A stretch of 64,000 nt of DNA from Nitrosopumilus sp. (GTDB taxonomy: Archaea; Thermoproteota; Nitrososphaeria; Nitrososphaerales; Nitrosopumilaceae): the NCBI GenBank assembly GCA_965238275.1, contig OZ250186.1, positions 1,440,001 to 1,504,000 of the forward strand, given 5' to 3'. Positions 10,305 to 20,774 of the stretch are shown here, in pieces. The notes beneath the pieces are model-generated. The model was not told where the DNA came from, made no database searches, and was given only the letters and a program-made list of their open reading frames with translations. The position numbers and the translations under genes are program-made. Within the stretch, counting starts at the first letter, position 1, and each line of letters begins with the position of its first letter.

Positions 10305-10496
10305 TTATTGGTGCCCCCATCGTATCTTCCTACCGGTTTCTCCAAAGAATTTTACGACGTCTAGGTCAAGCCCCATCTCACTTAATTCGGCAATCATTTC
10401 TGATTCAGGCGTGTTCTTCTCTTGGGTATTTTGCTTCATGAGCAAATAGATTATTGCATCCAATCTTTTAGTAACCGCCTCAGCATCTGTACTCAT
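10305..10496 (-). CDS. Small hypothetical protein, possibly truncated
   Basis: 63 aa with amphipathic helices (KRLDAIIYLL); TTTAA upstream. Confidence 0.45.
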   Translation of the reverse strand: MSTDAEAVTKRLDAIIYLLMKQNTQEKNTPESEMIAELSEMGLDLDVVKFFGETGRKIRWGHQ

Positions 10497-10939
10497 ATAG
10501 CTAATCGCTAGGAAATGAATGTTAAAGGTTTGTCCCTGTTCTGGTTTTTTTAAGATGTTGCGGGGGACATGGGGGATTTACAAGGGCTCTCCTTCATTGA
10601 ATACATTGTGCAGAACCCCGGAATTGCCTGTAGATGTGCCAAAGACAGTCACGGTCGTCAGGCACCATCAGACTGTACCGGCAAAGATGCGGCAGGAGAC
10701 ATGGCATGAACAAGATGGATCCGAATTACGCACCGACCCCGGCTCGTCCGCGTGTGAAGCTGCCATTTTGGCTGCTTTAAGGCGAACACTGACGGGCACT
10801 TTGACAGGCACGTCATCTTGGTTTTGTTCATGTTCAGATCAAATGATGTGGACAAAACGGTACTTCCAATCTGGCATTATGTATGGTGATGTTGGAACTA
10901 ATTTGTCCCCGGGTTGCTTTTTGAGACGTATTCATTTCC

Positions 10940-11512
10940 CTAAGGCATGCTTTTCAAAGAAATTTCTTCTTTTACGGCGGTAACCCCTACGCATTTTTCT
11001 ACAAATTCATAAAATTCCCCTATCGTGTAATTTGCGGCATGAACAAAATCAGGCCCCTTGATCGGAGTCATGTCAAATGCCACATATTTGTCTATGATGT
11101 CTCCAAACAGAGTTCTGAAAGAGTCGCTCTCCATGTTTGCCACCTTTGAATTTGGGAAAATCTTGACGTTGATCCAGTCATACTCCCCTCTGGTCCTGGC
11201 TGCAAAGGCAGCAAAGGGGGCACCATGAAGATAGTTTGTGAACATTGCCACGCGTTCCTCGAACAACTTAGATGTCTTGAAGGATATCAGTACGAATCGG
11301 ATGATCTTTCCCTCGTAGTTTTGGGGTTTGGTTTTTAGCGTATACCCTGAGATGACTCCCTCCTGTTCCAGTCTATGAATTCTTCCCAAAACAGCCCGTT
11401 CAGTGCGGGTTATGCCGTTACGCTTGAATTCAGTCACGATTTCCTTGGTAGGTATCTTTGCATTTCTAGAGAGGCATGACAGAATTATCTCGTCCATCTT
11501 GGAAATGGCCAA
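10940..11512 (-). CDS. Lrp/AsnC family transcriptional regulator
   Basis: MDEIILSCLSRNAK..RIHRLEQEGVISGY HTH; RTRGEYD ligand domain. Confidence 0.85.
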   Translation of the reverse strand: MAISKMDEIILSCLSRNAKIPTKEIVTEFKRNGITRTERAVLGRIHRLEQEGVISGYTLKTKPQNYEGKIIRFVLISFKTSKLFEERVAMFTNYLHGAPFAAFAARTRGEYDWINVKIFPNSKVANMESDSFRTLFGDIIDKYVAFDMTPIKGPDFVHAANYTIGEFYEFVEKCVGVTAVKEEISLKSMP

Positions 11513-11579
11513 CGAACACGTTACGTATTACTGGTATTAACGTTTTATTGTGTGTGTGAGGAGTTGTCGCGTAATCGAT

Positions 11580-12604
11580 CTATGCATAGATTATGATGTA
11601 TCTCAGTTCCTCGGCACACTCCATCCTGTTGAGAACCCCCAGGCTCCAACCGATTGCCTTGAACAGCCCGAACTTCCTCTGGTTTGCTTTCTTCCGGAAC
11701 CTGCAGTAAACTGGTGGTGTTCGGTCTCCTCTGCCCCATAGATCCCCTCTGTCATTCATGCCCCGCCTCTTGTAGATGCCGGGCTCGAAGATCTTTGCAG
11801 CCCTTGTCCTGAAATGTTTCCCCCGCCCTTTGCATACCTTCTCTGCTTGATGTTGGGCAGCAGCAGCAGCCTGCTGACGGCGTCTTTTCTCTGCTTGATG
11901 TTGGGCACCATGCCCATCCAGAACAGCTCCTCGACGTTGTAGTCGGCGTCATACCCGCGGTCTGCATCAAAGACGCTCCCCGAAAAGTCATACCCGCGGC
12001 GCCTGATCTCGGCCAGCATGACGGGCAGCATCGTGACGTCGTTGACGTTACCCGGCGTGGTAAACGTGGCCAGCACAATCTGTAGTCCCAGGATGGCCGT
12101 TATGTGGTATTTCCAGTAGGTTTTTTGACGCATCTCGACGAAGTCACGCTCCTTTTTGTAGGGTTTTTCGATGTTTTCGTACCTGGTAGTCTCCACCCCA
12201 CTGCTGTCTGCGCCCAGCGGGCCCGTCGCGCCGGCCGCCTCGGCGATGCAGCGGCGGGCAGTCTCGGCCAGTATCAGGTCCATCCAGTCCGGCGGAATGG
12301 TCTGGAGGTGCCTGACCATCGTGGTGTGGTCCGGAACCGGCTCGTCGTCCCAGGGAGTCCGCATGTCGCGCAGGTCTGATTCGATCCTGCGGAAGGTGTT
12401 GTTGTAGGCCATCATCAGCAGGCAGGCAAAATCCATCTTGTCCTTGGAGTGGATCCTGGGACGGCCCCTGTTGCCGTTTTCGGGGCGCGGGCAGGGGTTC
12501 TCTCGAATCATTTCAATCAGCGTCCTCCTCAGGTGGGATGCCTCGACTTCGTTTGCAAGTTCGTAGTACTGCCAGTATCTTTCCCGTCGGTTGTGTTTGA
12601 TCAT
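11580..12604 (-). pseudogene. IS5/IS4-like DDE transposase with frameshifted C-terminus
   Basis: VPDHTT, GADSSG, DADRGYD; duplicated CTCTGCTTGATGTTGGGCA near 11840/11890; C-terminal ..YKRRGM/EGIYGAEE/YCRFRKK..KAIGWSL spread over shifted frames. Confidence 0.8.
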
Positions 12605-12690
12605 TACCGCGTGCGGGCGATCATGGGATCATTGAATGTATCGGACGAGATTAGCAGCCAAAGGATTTACGCACCAACCTCCGCCCGGGC

Positions 12691-14137
12691 TAGTTTGTTG
12701 CACAACCTCGTCGAACCCATGGACGTGGGGAAGTACTGCCAGTACTGCCACCCTTCCTACGCCCTCATGATTGCCTCCCGTGCCACGTCCAGCAGTTCAT
12801 TGTATATCCTGACCTTGATTCCGATCTCGTTGATTATGTTCTTCATGGTTCTGGCCATCACAAAGTCGCCAAACCGCCTCTTGAACGCGGAGAATACTAT
12901 CTCTACAAGCCACCGGCGGCCATAGCCTACCTTCCGTTTCCATTCCTTTTGGTTCTTGGAGCGCTCGTCGGCGTCCAGTGCGGAAAGTTCCTTGGGCCCG
13001 TGCTTGCTGCCGCACAGCTGATCCTGCGCAGCCAAGGCGCGCGCCCGGCCCTTGCCATTTGATCTGGAATTGGAATTCTGGCGTACCTTGATCAGCGAGT
13101 AGATCCCGAGATTCTTGCACAGCGAGTGGATCTTCCGGGTGTCATATCCTCCGTCACCCAAGACGGCTATGACGGATTCTTCCAGATTCCCAGCCGTGCT
13201 TGCGGCATTGATTGCCTGTTCGATCACGTCTGACTCCCTCTGGGGTTGTCGATCCCCTTGGCCCTTCCTGTCAGATGACGGGGACTGTGCCGGGTCCTTT
13301 TTGTCAGCCGACCCTCCCCCCTGCCGGGCGTTCCTGCAGAGCCTGCCGGCGTCGATTCCGAGGCACTCCAGCGAGTCCTCCAGGAGGCCCTCAAACTGCG
13401 GAGAATCTCCCGTGCGTTCGTCAGTCACCTTGAATGCCACGATCTTTTGCGTGTCGTGCTCGATCATGACGCTCAGCCTGATCCAGCCCCGCTTTACCTT
13501 GTGCTTGTGGCGCATCCAGTCGCTGCGCGTGGAAGGCGTCAGTCCCGTGCCGTCAGGGATCAGCCGCATGATGCTCCCCTTGCTCCTTACCTCCACGCAT
13601 CCCTCCGCGCTTGTGACATTCATCTTGTTGATTCGCCTGCACAGCGTGGTGTGATCCGGGGCATCCCCCTCCCCCAGGGCACTTATCGCCAATCCTTCGC
13701 AGGGCCGGTACGCGAGCTTGAGCTTGTACCTCACCCCGGCGATTGCCATTATGGTCAACTCGGAGTAGTCAAAAGGGCGCCCGTTTTTCTTCTCCCGTGT
13801 TCATCCTGGCAAGATCCTTGGCAGAATCCGGATCGGGGGCCAGGAACAGCAACATTCCCTGTTCTATGTACCTCGCGTCGTTCTGGGAATGGGTTATGTG
13901 GAGCCTGGATTTCTTCCCGCCTGTTTCCTCTACATCTGCCACGTACATGTGGGGGTAGGGTGATCTTTGTGCCTTTTGGGCAAAAAAATTGACGGTTTTG
14001 GCGGATTTTTGTCAACCTGCAGTGGCCACATGCACATACACTATTCTTGTCTCCCGTATGCCCGGCAGATTCTGCCTGCAGGAATGCCCAAGGCCACAGG
14101 AGTGGGGTGATTCTAGGCAGGGTTGTGCAACAAACTA
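12691..14137 (-). mobile_element. IS5-family element with 17-bp perfect TIRs and 8-bp target duplication
   Basis: TAGTTTGTTGCACAACC at 12691 and its reverse complement ending 14137; GCCCGGGC at 12683-12690 and 14138-14145. Confidence 0.9.
12757..13948 (-). pseudogene. IS5-family transposase with +1 frameshift near 13790
   Basis: 59-aa N-terminal frame (ATG 13948, stop 13769) continues in shifted frame GRPFDYS..PDHTTLCRR..PDGTG..GDGGYD..YGRRWLVEIVFSAFK. Confidence 0.8.
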
Positions 14138-14189
14138 GCCCGGGCATAAAACTTAAATTCACATTATTGCGGATTCAACGAGGGTTAAA

Positions 14190-15353
14190 ATTACTATAAA
14201 ACGATCAAACCACGCACAAAAGTTTGGAAAGCTGGTTTTTGACGACGGAACCGTTCTTGACGGTAATGGGTTTGGCAGCTCCACGACAGGGTTTGGCGAG
14301 ATTGTATTCAATACCGGGATGGTCGGGTATACCGAGGCGCTGACTGATCCCTCGTATAACGGCCAGATCCTGACACTCACGTACCCCCTGATTGGAAACT
14401 ATGGCGTTCCGGATCCCGGCGCAGTTGATGCTGACGGAATCCCCAAATTCTTCGAGTCTGACAGGATACAGGTCCGGGGGCTGGTGGTCCACGAGCTGTC
14501 CCTTGTGGCAAGCCACTGGAACCTCTTCATGACGCTTGACCAATGGATGCACAAGGAGGGAATCCCGGGAATATCCGGAATAGACACGCGCCAGCTTACC
14601 AAGAAGCTCAGAACCGGCGGCGTGATGATGGCAGCGCTTGCAGTCTCTGACTCTGAGATAGACGTCAAGCAGGTGCAAGAGGGCCTTGCATCCGCTGCGC
14701 ACTACGACTCTGAGCAGTTCATGGATGCAGTATCCACAGGACAGGCAAAAACCTACGGGGATGAGTCCGAGTGCGTGGTGGTGATTGACACTGGCGCAAA
14801 GAATGCAATACTGAGAAACATCCGCAGCATAGGATACCGCGCAGTACTGCTCCCGTGGAACACCCCGTACGAGACGGTAATGTCGTACCGGCCGCGGGGC
14901 GTGGTGCTGAGCAGCGGCCCGGGGGATCCGCAGAGGTGTCCGGAGACCATCGACACCGTAAGGCAGCTGATGCGCAACGACGTTCCGACCCTTGGAATAT
15001 GCCTGGGTGCGCAGATAATGGGAATTGCAGGAAACGCCGATACGTACAAGCTAAAGTACGGGCACCGGGGACAGAACAAGCCGTGCCTCAACCTGGAGAA
15101 CAACCAGGTGTATGTCACAAGCCAGAACCATGGCTACGGCATAACGCCGGAATCCCTTGAGGGTTCCGAGTTTGACTTGTGGTTTACAAACGCAGACGAC
15201 AAGACAGTCGAGGGGATAAGACACAAGACGCGCAGCTGCATTGCTGTGCAGTTCCATCCCGAGGCCGCGCCAGGCCCGCACGACTGCAAATTCGTCTTTG
15301 AAGAGCTCAAAGGCCTTATGGAGAAGGAGGAGGGGTGTCCTGCCAAAGAATGA
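14190..15353 (+). CDS. carA: Carbamoyl-phosphate synthase small subunit; start non-canonical and uncertain
   Basis: GKLVFDDGTVLDG..GEIVFNTGMVGY, SSGPGDP, GICLGAQ, SQNHGY, QFHPEA; homology begins well upstream of ATG 14319. Confidence 0.92.
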   Translation: MTIKRSNHAQKFGKLVFDDGTVLDGNGFGSSTTGFGEIVFNTGMVGYTEALTDPSYNGQILTLTYPLIGNYGVPDPGAVDADGIPKFFESDRIQVRGLVVHELSLVASHWNLFMTLDQWMHKEGIPGISGIDTRQLTKKLRTGGVMMAALAVSDSEIDVKQVQEGLASAAHYDSEQFMDAVSTGQAKTYGDESECVVVIDTGAKNAILRNIRSIGYRAVLLPWNTPYETVMSYRPRGVVLSSGPGDPQRCPETIDTVRQLMRNDVPTLGICLGAQIMGIAGNADTYKLKYGHRGQNKPCLNLENNQVYVTSQNHGYGITPESLEGSEFDLWFTNADDKTVEGIRHKTRSCIAVQFHPEAAPGPHDCKFVFEELKGLMEKEEGCPAKE

Positions 15354-18300
15354 GTCGCTAAAGAAAATTCTTGTACTGGGCAGTGGGGCAATAAAAATCG
15401 GAGAAGCCGGCGAGAGTCGCTAAAACGACCGCCAGTTTGACTACTCCGGTAGCCAGTGCCTCAAGGCAATACGCGAGGACGGACTGAAGAGTGTGCTTAT
15501 CAACCCAAACATAGCCACCATTCAGACTGACACCAGGTTTGCAGACCAGGTGTACCTTCTTCCCGTGACGCCCGAGTACGTGGAATCGATCATAGAAAAG
15601 GAGAGGCCAGACGGCATAATGCTGGCATACGGTGGGCAGACTGCGCTGAACTGCGGCGTAAGGATCTCCGAATCCGGCATACTGCAAAAGTACGGCGTCG
15701 GCGTCCTTGGAACCCAGATAGAGGGGATTCAAAGGACCGAGGACCGGCAGCTCTTCAAGGATGCGATGACCGGGATAGGGGTGCCTGTGCTCAAGAGCAG
15801 GACGGTTACAAACTTTGCAGACGCCAAGAATGCCGCAGAGGAGCTGTCCTACCCCGTGATTATTCGGGTGGCCTACACCCTGGGTGGCAGGGGCGGGGGA
15901 GTGGCGCACAACGAGATCGAGCTGTACGAGATAGTCGAGCGCGGCATCAAGGCAAGCATGGTGGGCCAGGTGCTCATAGAGGAGTACATCGGGGACTGGA
16001 AGCAGATAGAGTACGAGGTGATGCAGGACTATGACGGAAACAACATAGTCGTCTGCAACATGGAAAACGTCCTCTCCATGAGGGTGCACACGGGGGACAA
16101 CATAGTGGTTGCCCCGTCCCAGACGATCGACAACCACGAGTACCACATGCTGCGCTCGGCTGCCCTGCGCGCCACAAAGCATGTCCGGATCGTGGGGGAG
16201 TGCAACATACAGTATGCCCTGGCGCCCGACTCGGACCGGTATGCGGCAATCGAGATAAACCCCCGCCTTTCGCGCTCCTCTGCCCTTGCAAGCAAGGCCA
16301 CAGGATACCCCCTTGCATACATGTCTGCCAAGATAGGCCTTGGCTACAACCTGTCCGAACTGGTCAACCGAATCACAAAGAGCACCACTGCCTGTTTTGA
16401 GCCGTCCCTTGACTACGTGGTGTGCAAGCATCCGCGGTGGGACTTTTCAAAGTTCGAGCTTGCCAACAGGAGGCTGGGCCCCTCCATGAAGTCCGTAGGC
16501 GAGGTGATGGCAGTCGGCCGAACATTTGAGGAGTCGCTGCAAAAGTCAATCCGCATGCTTGACATCGGGCGCGACGGGCTGGTCCTGAACCGGGAGAACG
16601 GCAGGACGTACGACGAGGAGGAGATAGAGGAGAAGCTCTCACACCATGACGACTGCATACTGTACCACGTGGCCGTTGCGCTGAGGATGGGCATACCGGT
16701 GGACAGAATCTACCACCTGTCTGCAATAGATCCGTGGTTCATTGAAAAGATAAGGAACATCGTGGCCGTGGAGGATGCCCTCAGGTCCCGGGAGCTTGAT
16801 GCGGGCCTTCTCTGGAATGCAAAGAGGATGGGGTTTGCCGACAAGCAGATTGCGCGTGCAAAGGACAACTGCACGCAGGATTCGGTGCGCGCCCTGCGCA
16901 AAAAGCTTGGCGTGCTGCCGTCAGTAAAGCAGATAGACACGCTTGCAGCAGAGTGGCCTGCCGTAACCAACTACCTGTACATGACGTACGGGGGGGACTC
17001 TTCTGACATCAGGGTGTCGCCTGACGAGAAGGGAATCGTCGTAGTCGGCGCCGGGCCGTACCGGATAGGAAGCAGCGTGGAGTTTGACTGGGGGACAGTC
17101 AACATGGTCTGGGGGCTCCAGGAGAACGGGGAGAAGAACGTCTCTGTGGTCAACTGCAATCCCGAGACGGTGTCGACTGACTATGACATATGCACCAGGC
17201 TGTACTTTGAGGAGCTGACCCAGGAGAGGATCCTGGACATTACCGAGTTTGAGAACCCAAAGGGGGTCATCACGTGCGTCGGGGGGCAGACTGCCAACAA
17301 CCTCACCCTCGGGCTCGCCGAACACGGCGTGCCAATCCTGGGAACAAGCGCGCGCGACGTGGACATGGCAGAGAACCGCTCAAGGTTCAGCGGGGAGCTT
17401 GACAAGCTTCACATACAGCAGCCGCGGTGGCAGGAGTTCCTGAGCCTGAAGGAGGCAAGATCCTTTGCGCAGGACGTGGGGTTCCCCGTGATAGTCCGTC
17501 CCTCGTACGTCCTGTCGGGGGCGGCCATGAAGGTGGTCTGGTCGCAGGGCGAGCTGAAGAGGTACGTCAAGGAGGCCACCGACGTCTCGCCGGATCACCC
17601 CGTGGTGATATCCAAGTTCATGCTCGACTCCCTCGAGGTGGACGTTGACGGGGTCTGCGACGGGAGCCGCGTGGTGATAGGCGCGCTAGTCGAGCACATC
17701 GACAGTGCCGGGGTGCACTCCGGCGATGCGATGATGTGCATCCCGCCGTGGCGCCTGAGCAACAAGATAATCGAGACGATAAACGAGTATGCAAAAAAGA
17801 TAGCCCTGACCTTCAACGTGCGCGGCCCGTTCAACCTGCAGTTTCTCATACACGACGACCACGTGTACGTGATCGAGCTTAACATCCGGGCCTCGCGCTC
17901 CATGCCGTTTGTCTCAAAGCTTGTCCGGACCAACCTGATATCCCTTGCATCCAAGGCGATCCTGGGCATGCCGCTGCCTGCGATACCTGAAAACAAGTGG
18001 CAGAGGATAAGCAACTTTGGAATCAAGGTCCCGCAGTTCTCCTTCATGCAGCTTGACGGGGCAGACATCGCGCTGGGAGTGGAGATGCAGTCGACGGGGG
18101 AGGCGGCATGCTTTGGAAACAGCTTTTATGACGCCCTCTCCAAGGGGCTCACCTCGGTGGGCTACAACCTGCCCAAAAGCGGCGCGGCCCTGGTGACTGT
18201 GGGCGGCGCGCAAAACAAGAAGGCCCTCGTCGCAACCGTTGCCAAGCTCAGGGATCTGGGGTTTAGAATACTGGCGACAGAGCACACTGCAGAGTTCCTC

Positions 18301-18606
18301 CAGGAGAGGATCGGAGACGTGGAGACTGTACACAAGATATCAGAGCCTGACAGGAAGCCCAACATCGCGGATCTTCTCTACGAGAGGACCATAGACTTTA
18401 TCATAAACATCCCTAGCACCTCCACGCTTGAAAAGTACGTCGGGATGCTTGAAGACGAGTACCAGATTAGGAGAAAGTCACTGGAGCTTGGCATTCCGGT
18501 GCTGACTACGATCGAGCTTGCAGAGTCGTTTGTAAACACGCTGGAGTGGCTCAAGACAAACCAGACCACAAGGGAGCCCATCGAGCCCTACGACAAGCTC
18601 GACTAG
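15340..18606 (+). CDS. carB: Carbamoyl-phosphate synthase large subunit, two exons (15340-15414, 15436-18606), about 1081 aa if spliced
   Basis: CTG start after GGAGGAGGGG; KKILVLGSGAIKIGEAGE | FDYSGSQCLKA; two ATP-grasp domains and MGS domain all intact. Confidence 0.92.
15415..15435 (+). other. Candidate bulge-helix-bulge/loop mRNA intron (21 nt, AGTCGCTAAAACGACCGCCAG)
   Basis: GGCG/CGCC 4-bp helix, AGA and AGT bulges, GTCG/CGAC hairpin with TAA in loop; cuts after 2nd bulge nt give GGC GAG TTT GAC. Confidence 0.75.
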
Positions 18607-18634
18607 AAAGAATCCGCGGCATTATCTCCTGCTG

Positions 18635-19396
18635 CTATAACACCTGGTTAATGGCCGACTCGTTTCCTATTATGGTCCCGTCAAGGGTCACTATCCTTGC
18701 CCTGACTGACCCCCCCTCGAGCCTGTCGATGATCGGCGAGATCGATCTTCTGTGCCCGCCGCCGCCCCTGTGCGTCGCATAAAAGTACCTGTTAAACGAG
18801 GGCAGGACGATTATCTCCATCGGGCCTGACCTGTCCGGGAATATGCACTCCTTTTGCGCCATTATGGACACCCAGACCCTCTGTCCGTTGACCACCGAGC
18901 CCTCCTCAAAGAACACCGGGTGCAGGTGGCCCATGATGATCCCGTCCACGTGCGAGAATTTCTCAGAAGGCATCGTGTGCCCGTGGGTCAGCAGGATGTT
19001 CTCCTGGACCATCCCCGTCTGGCTGATCATGGTGACGCCGTCGGGGACCAGCCTCTGGATGTTGGCATCGTGGTTTCCAGGAACCACCACCACGTCGCAC
19101 TTTGCCTTGATCTCGTCAAGAAACCTTGGAACCTCCTCCCACTCGCTCCTTGAGATGCCTCTGATGGTTGACTTTATGTCACCCAGCAGCACCACCGAAT
19201 CCGGCCTCTCCGCATCTATCATGTCTGATACCTCCTGTATCGTCTGGTTTATGGTGGAGTTTTTTCCCACAAAGATGTTGTTTGCAGCCATGCTGCCTTC
19301 AAACCCTATGTGGATGTCTGAGACTATCAGGGTCCTCTCCTGGCCCTCCAGAATCAGGGCCGGCTTGCCTGGAACGATCCTTGTCTGGGGCATCAA
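18635..19396 (-). CDS. Calcineurin-like metallophosphoesterase
   Basis: SDIHIG, LLGD, GNHD, THGH, GHLHP. Confidence 0.88.
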   Translation of the reverse strand: MMPQTRIVPGKPALILEGQERTLIVSDIHIGFEGSMAANNIFVGKNSTINQTIQEVSDMIDAERPDSVVLLGDIKSTIRGISRSEWEEVPRFLDEIKAKCDVVVVPGNHDANIQRLVPDGVTMISQTGMVQENILLTHGHTMPSEKFSHVDGIIMGHLHPVFFEEGSVVNGQRVWVSIMAQKECIFPDRSGPMEIIVLPSFNRYFYATHRGGGGHRRSISPIIDRLEGGSVRARIVTLDGTIIGNESAINQVL

Positions 19397-19427
19397 GGTT
19401 ATACCGTACGCATCCGATTAAACACTT

Positions 19428-19733
19428 GTGAGCAGGGATTCCAAAAAGGCTGAGTCCATCGTGTCTCAGAGGGGGGTAAAGATGCATGTCTTTGAGCCCA
19501 GCAACAGGCGGGTCTGGACTGTGGTGGGCAGGAAGGAGCGCTGGATAAACCCCGAGGTTGGTTACTGCTCGTGTCCGGGATTCTACTTTGCCAACATGCA
19601 CGGGAGGCCGGGCTGCTACCATCTGGATGCTGCAAGGCTTGCCATGATGGAGGGGGCAGGCGCCGTTGAGAGGATCACCTTTTCTGACGAGGAGTTTTAC
19701 GACTTTGTACTGGGACTGGTATCGGAGATGTAG
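19428..19733 (+). CDS. SWIM zinc-finger protein
   Basis: YCSCPGF...CYH. Confidence 0.75.
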   Translation: MSRDSKKAESIVSQRGVKMHVFEPSNRRVWTVVGRKERWINPEVGYCSCPGFYFANMHGRPGCYHLDAARLAMMEGAGAVERITFSDEEFYDFVLGLVSEM

Positions 19734-19791
19734 CCTGCCTGCCTGCCTGCCTGACGGAATCTGTTAATAACCCGGAATCCTGAGGACTGTC

Positions 19792-20043
19792 ATGAATGAT
19801 GATCTGCTGAATGCCGAGATAGAAAAGATTGCCAACCTCATGGTTCATGACCATGTCTCTGCAGACGAGCACGATGTCGCGGTGCTCGAAAAGTACCGAG
19901 ACCAGGTGAAAAGCGACTGCAGTCTTGATGACGAGGCTGCAATGAAGCTGGTCTATGAGACCCTGCTGTACAGAAAGCTCAGGAGCGCCGAATCAGGCAA
20001 CGTACTGGAAAAAGGAAACGAGTTTGGTGCGGGATTCAGCTAG
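19792..20043 (+). CDS. Hypothetical protein
   Basis: 83 aa with core-like codon usage; TATA-like TTAATAA upstream. Confidence 0.65.
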   Translation: MNDDLLNAEIEKIANLMVHDHVSADEHDVAVLEKYRDQVKSDCSLDDEAAMKLVYETLLYRKLRSAESGNVLEKGNEFGAGFS

Positions 20044-20046
20044 CTA

Positions 20047-20346
20047 CTAGCCCAAGGGAACCTGGTCTATGTCATCCTTTGAGACGCCCTTCCAGAGGCC
20101 GATCATGCCTTCTGGCTCCACGTCGATGACTCCTGTAATCTGCTGGATCTTGATATGATCCGGATTCGGCGGCATCCACAGCATTGCCATGTAGTCGCCC
20201 ACCTTCCCGACCTTGTCTGGCATTGCCATGACTATCTTGTCTGCGGCAAAGCCTTTTGTGGCAAGGGCGGTTGCTGCTTTTTCCCTGAGGTCCATCCTTC
20301 CGTGCAGGAAGAGGTAGACGTCCTTTTGGGCATCAATGTCAGTCAT
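20047..20346 (-). CDS. Hypothetical protein
   Basis: 99 aa, convergent and abutting the previous gene. Confidence 0.65.
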   Translation of the reverse strand: MTDIDAQKDVYLFLHGRMDLREKAATALATKGFAADKIVMAMPDKVGKVGDYMAMLWMPPNPDHIKIQQITGVIDVEPEGMIGLWKGVSKDDIDQVPLG

Positions 20347-20447
20347 GATGTTGCTGATCCCTCTGGTTAAATCAACCTTTCCTCATGCGGCGCATCCGGC
20401 GTGCGCATCCAAAAAGGGTTAAATTAGAACGCACAGGAGTGGGAGTC

Positions 20448-20741
20448 GTGAAGGTTATGACTGTAGGCAGCAAGTCGTTTGTAACCAGTTTTCAGCTGGC
20501 AGGAGTGCCTGGAATAATCACCGCGACTCCTGATGCTGCCCTCGGAGAGATCAGGAGGCTTACTGACGACCCGGATGTTGCGCTGGTATTGGTCAGCGAC
20601 GACATTACAGCGAGGATCAGCGACGAGCTGACGGCGCTCCGCACAGAAAAATCCGCCCTAGTCTTTGCACTGCCTGCGGCAGGTAGCGGAAAGACTGACG
20701 TGGACTATCGGGCCATGCTCAAGAAGATTCTTGGCGTATAA
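20448..20741 (+). CDS. atpF: A/V-type ATP synthase subunit F
   Basis: VKVMTVGSKSFVTSFQLAGV..DPDVALVLV..KKILGV; GTG 20448 start chosen. Confidence 0.85.
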   Translation: MKVMTVGSKSFVTSFQLAGVPGIITATPDAALGEIRRLTDDPDVALVLVSDDITARISDELTALRTEKSALVFALPAAGSGKTDVDYRAMLKKILGV

Positions 20742-20774
20742 TCTACTTATAATCATCCCCTGTAACATCCCGCG

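Noticed and set aside
15340-18606. carB as simple pseudogene, or starting at GTG 15493
   Set aside because: Exon 1 motifs are conserved with a strong RBS, there are no other lesions, and the insert has exact splice geometry. Readthrough alone would leave 7 extra residues in a conserved motif.
20448-20741. atpF outside the ATP synthase operon
   Set aside because: To my knowledge the ordinary arrangement in this lineage
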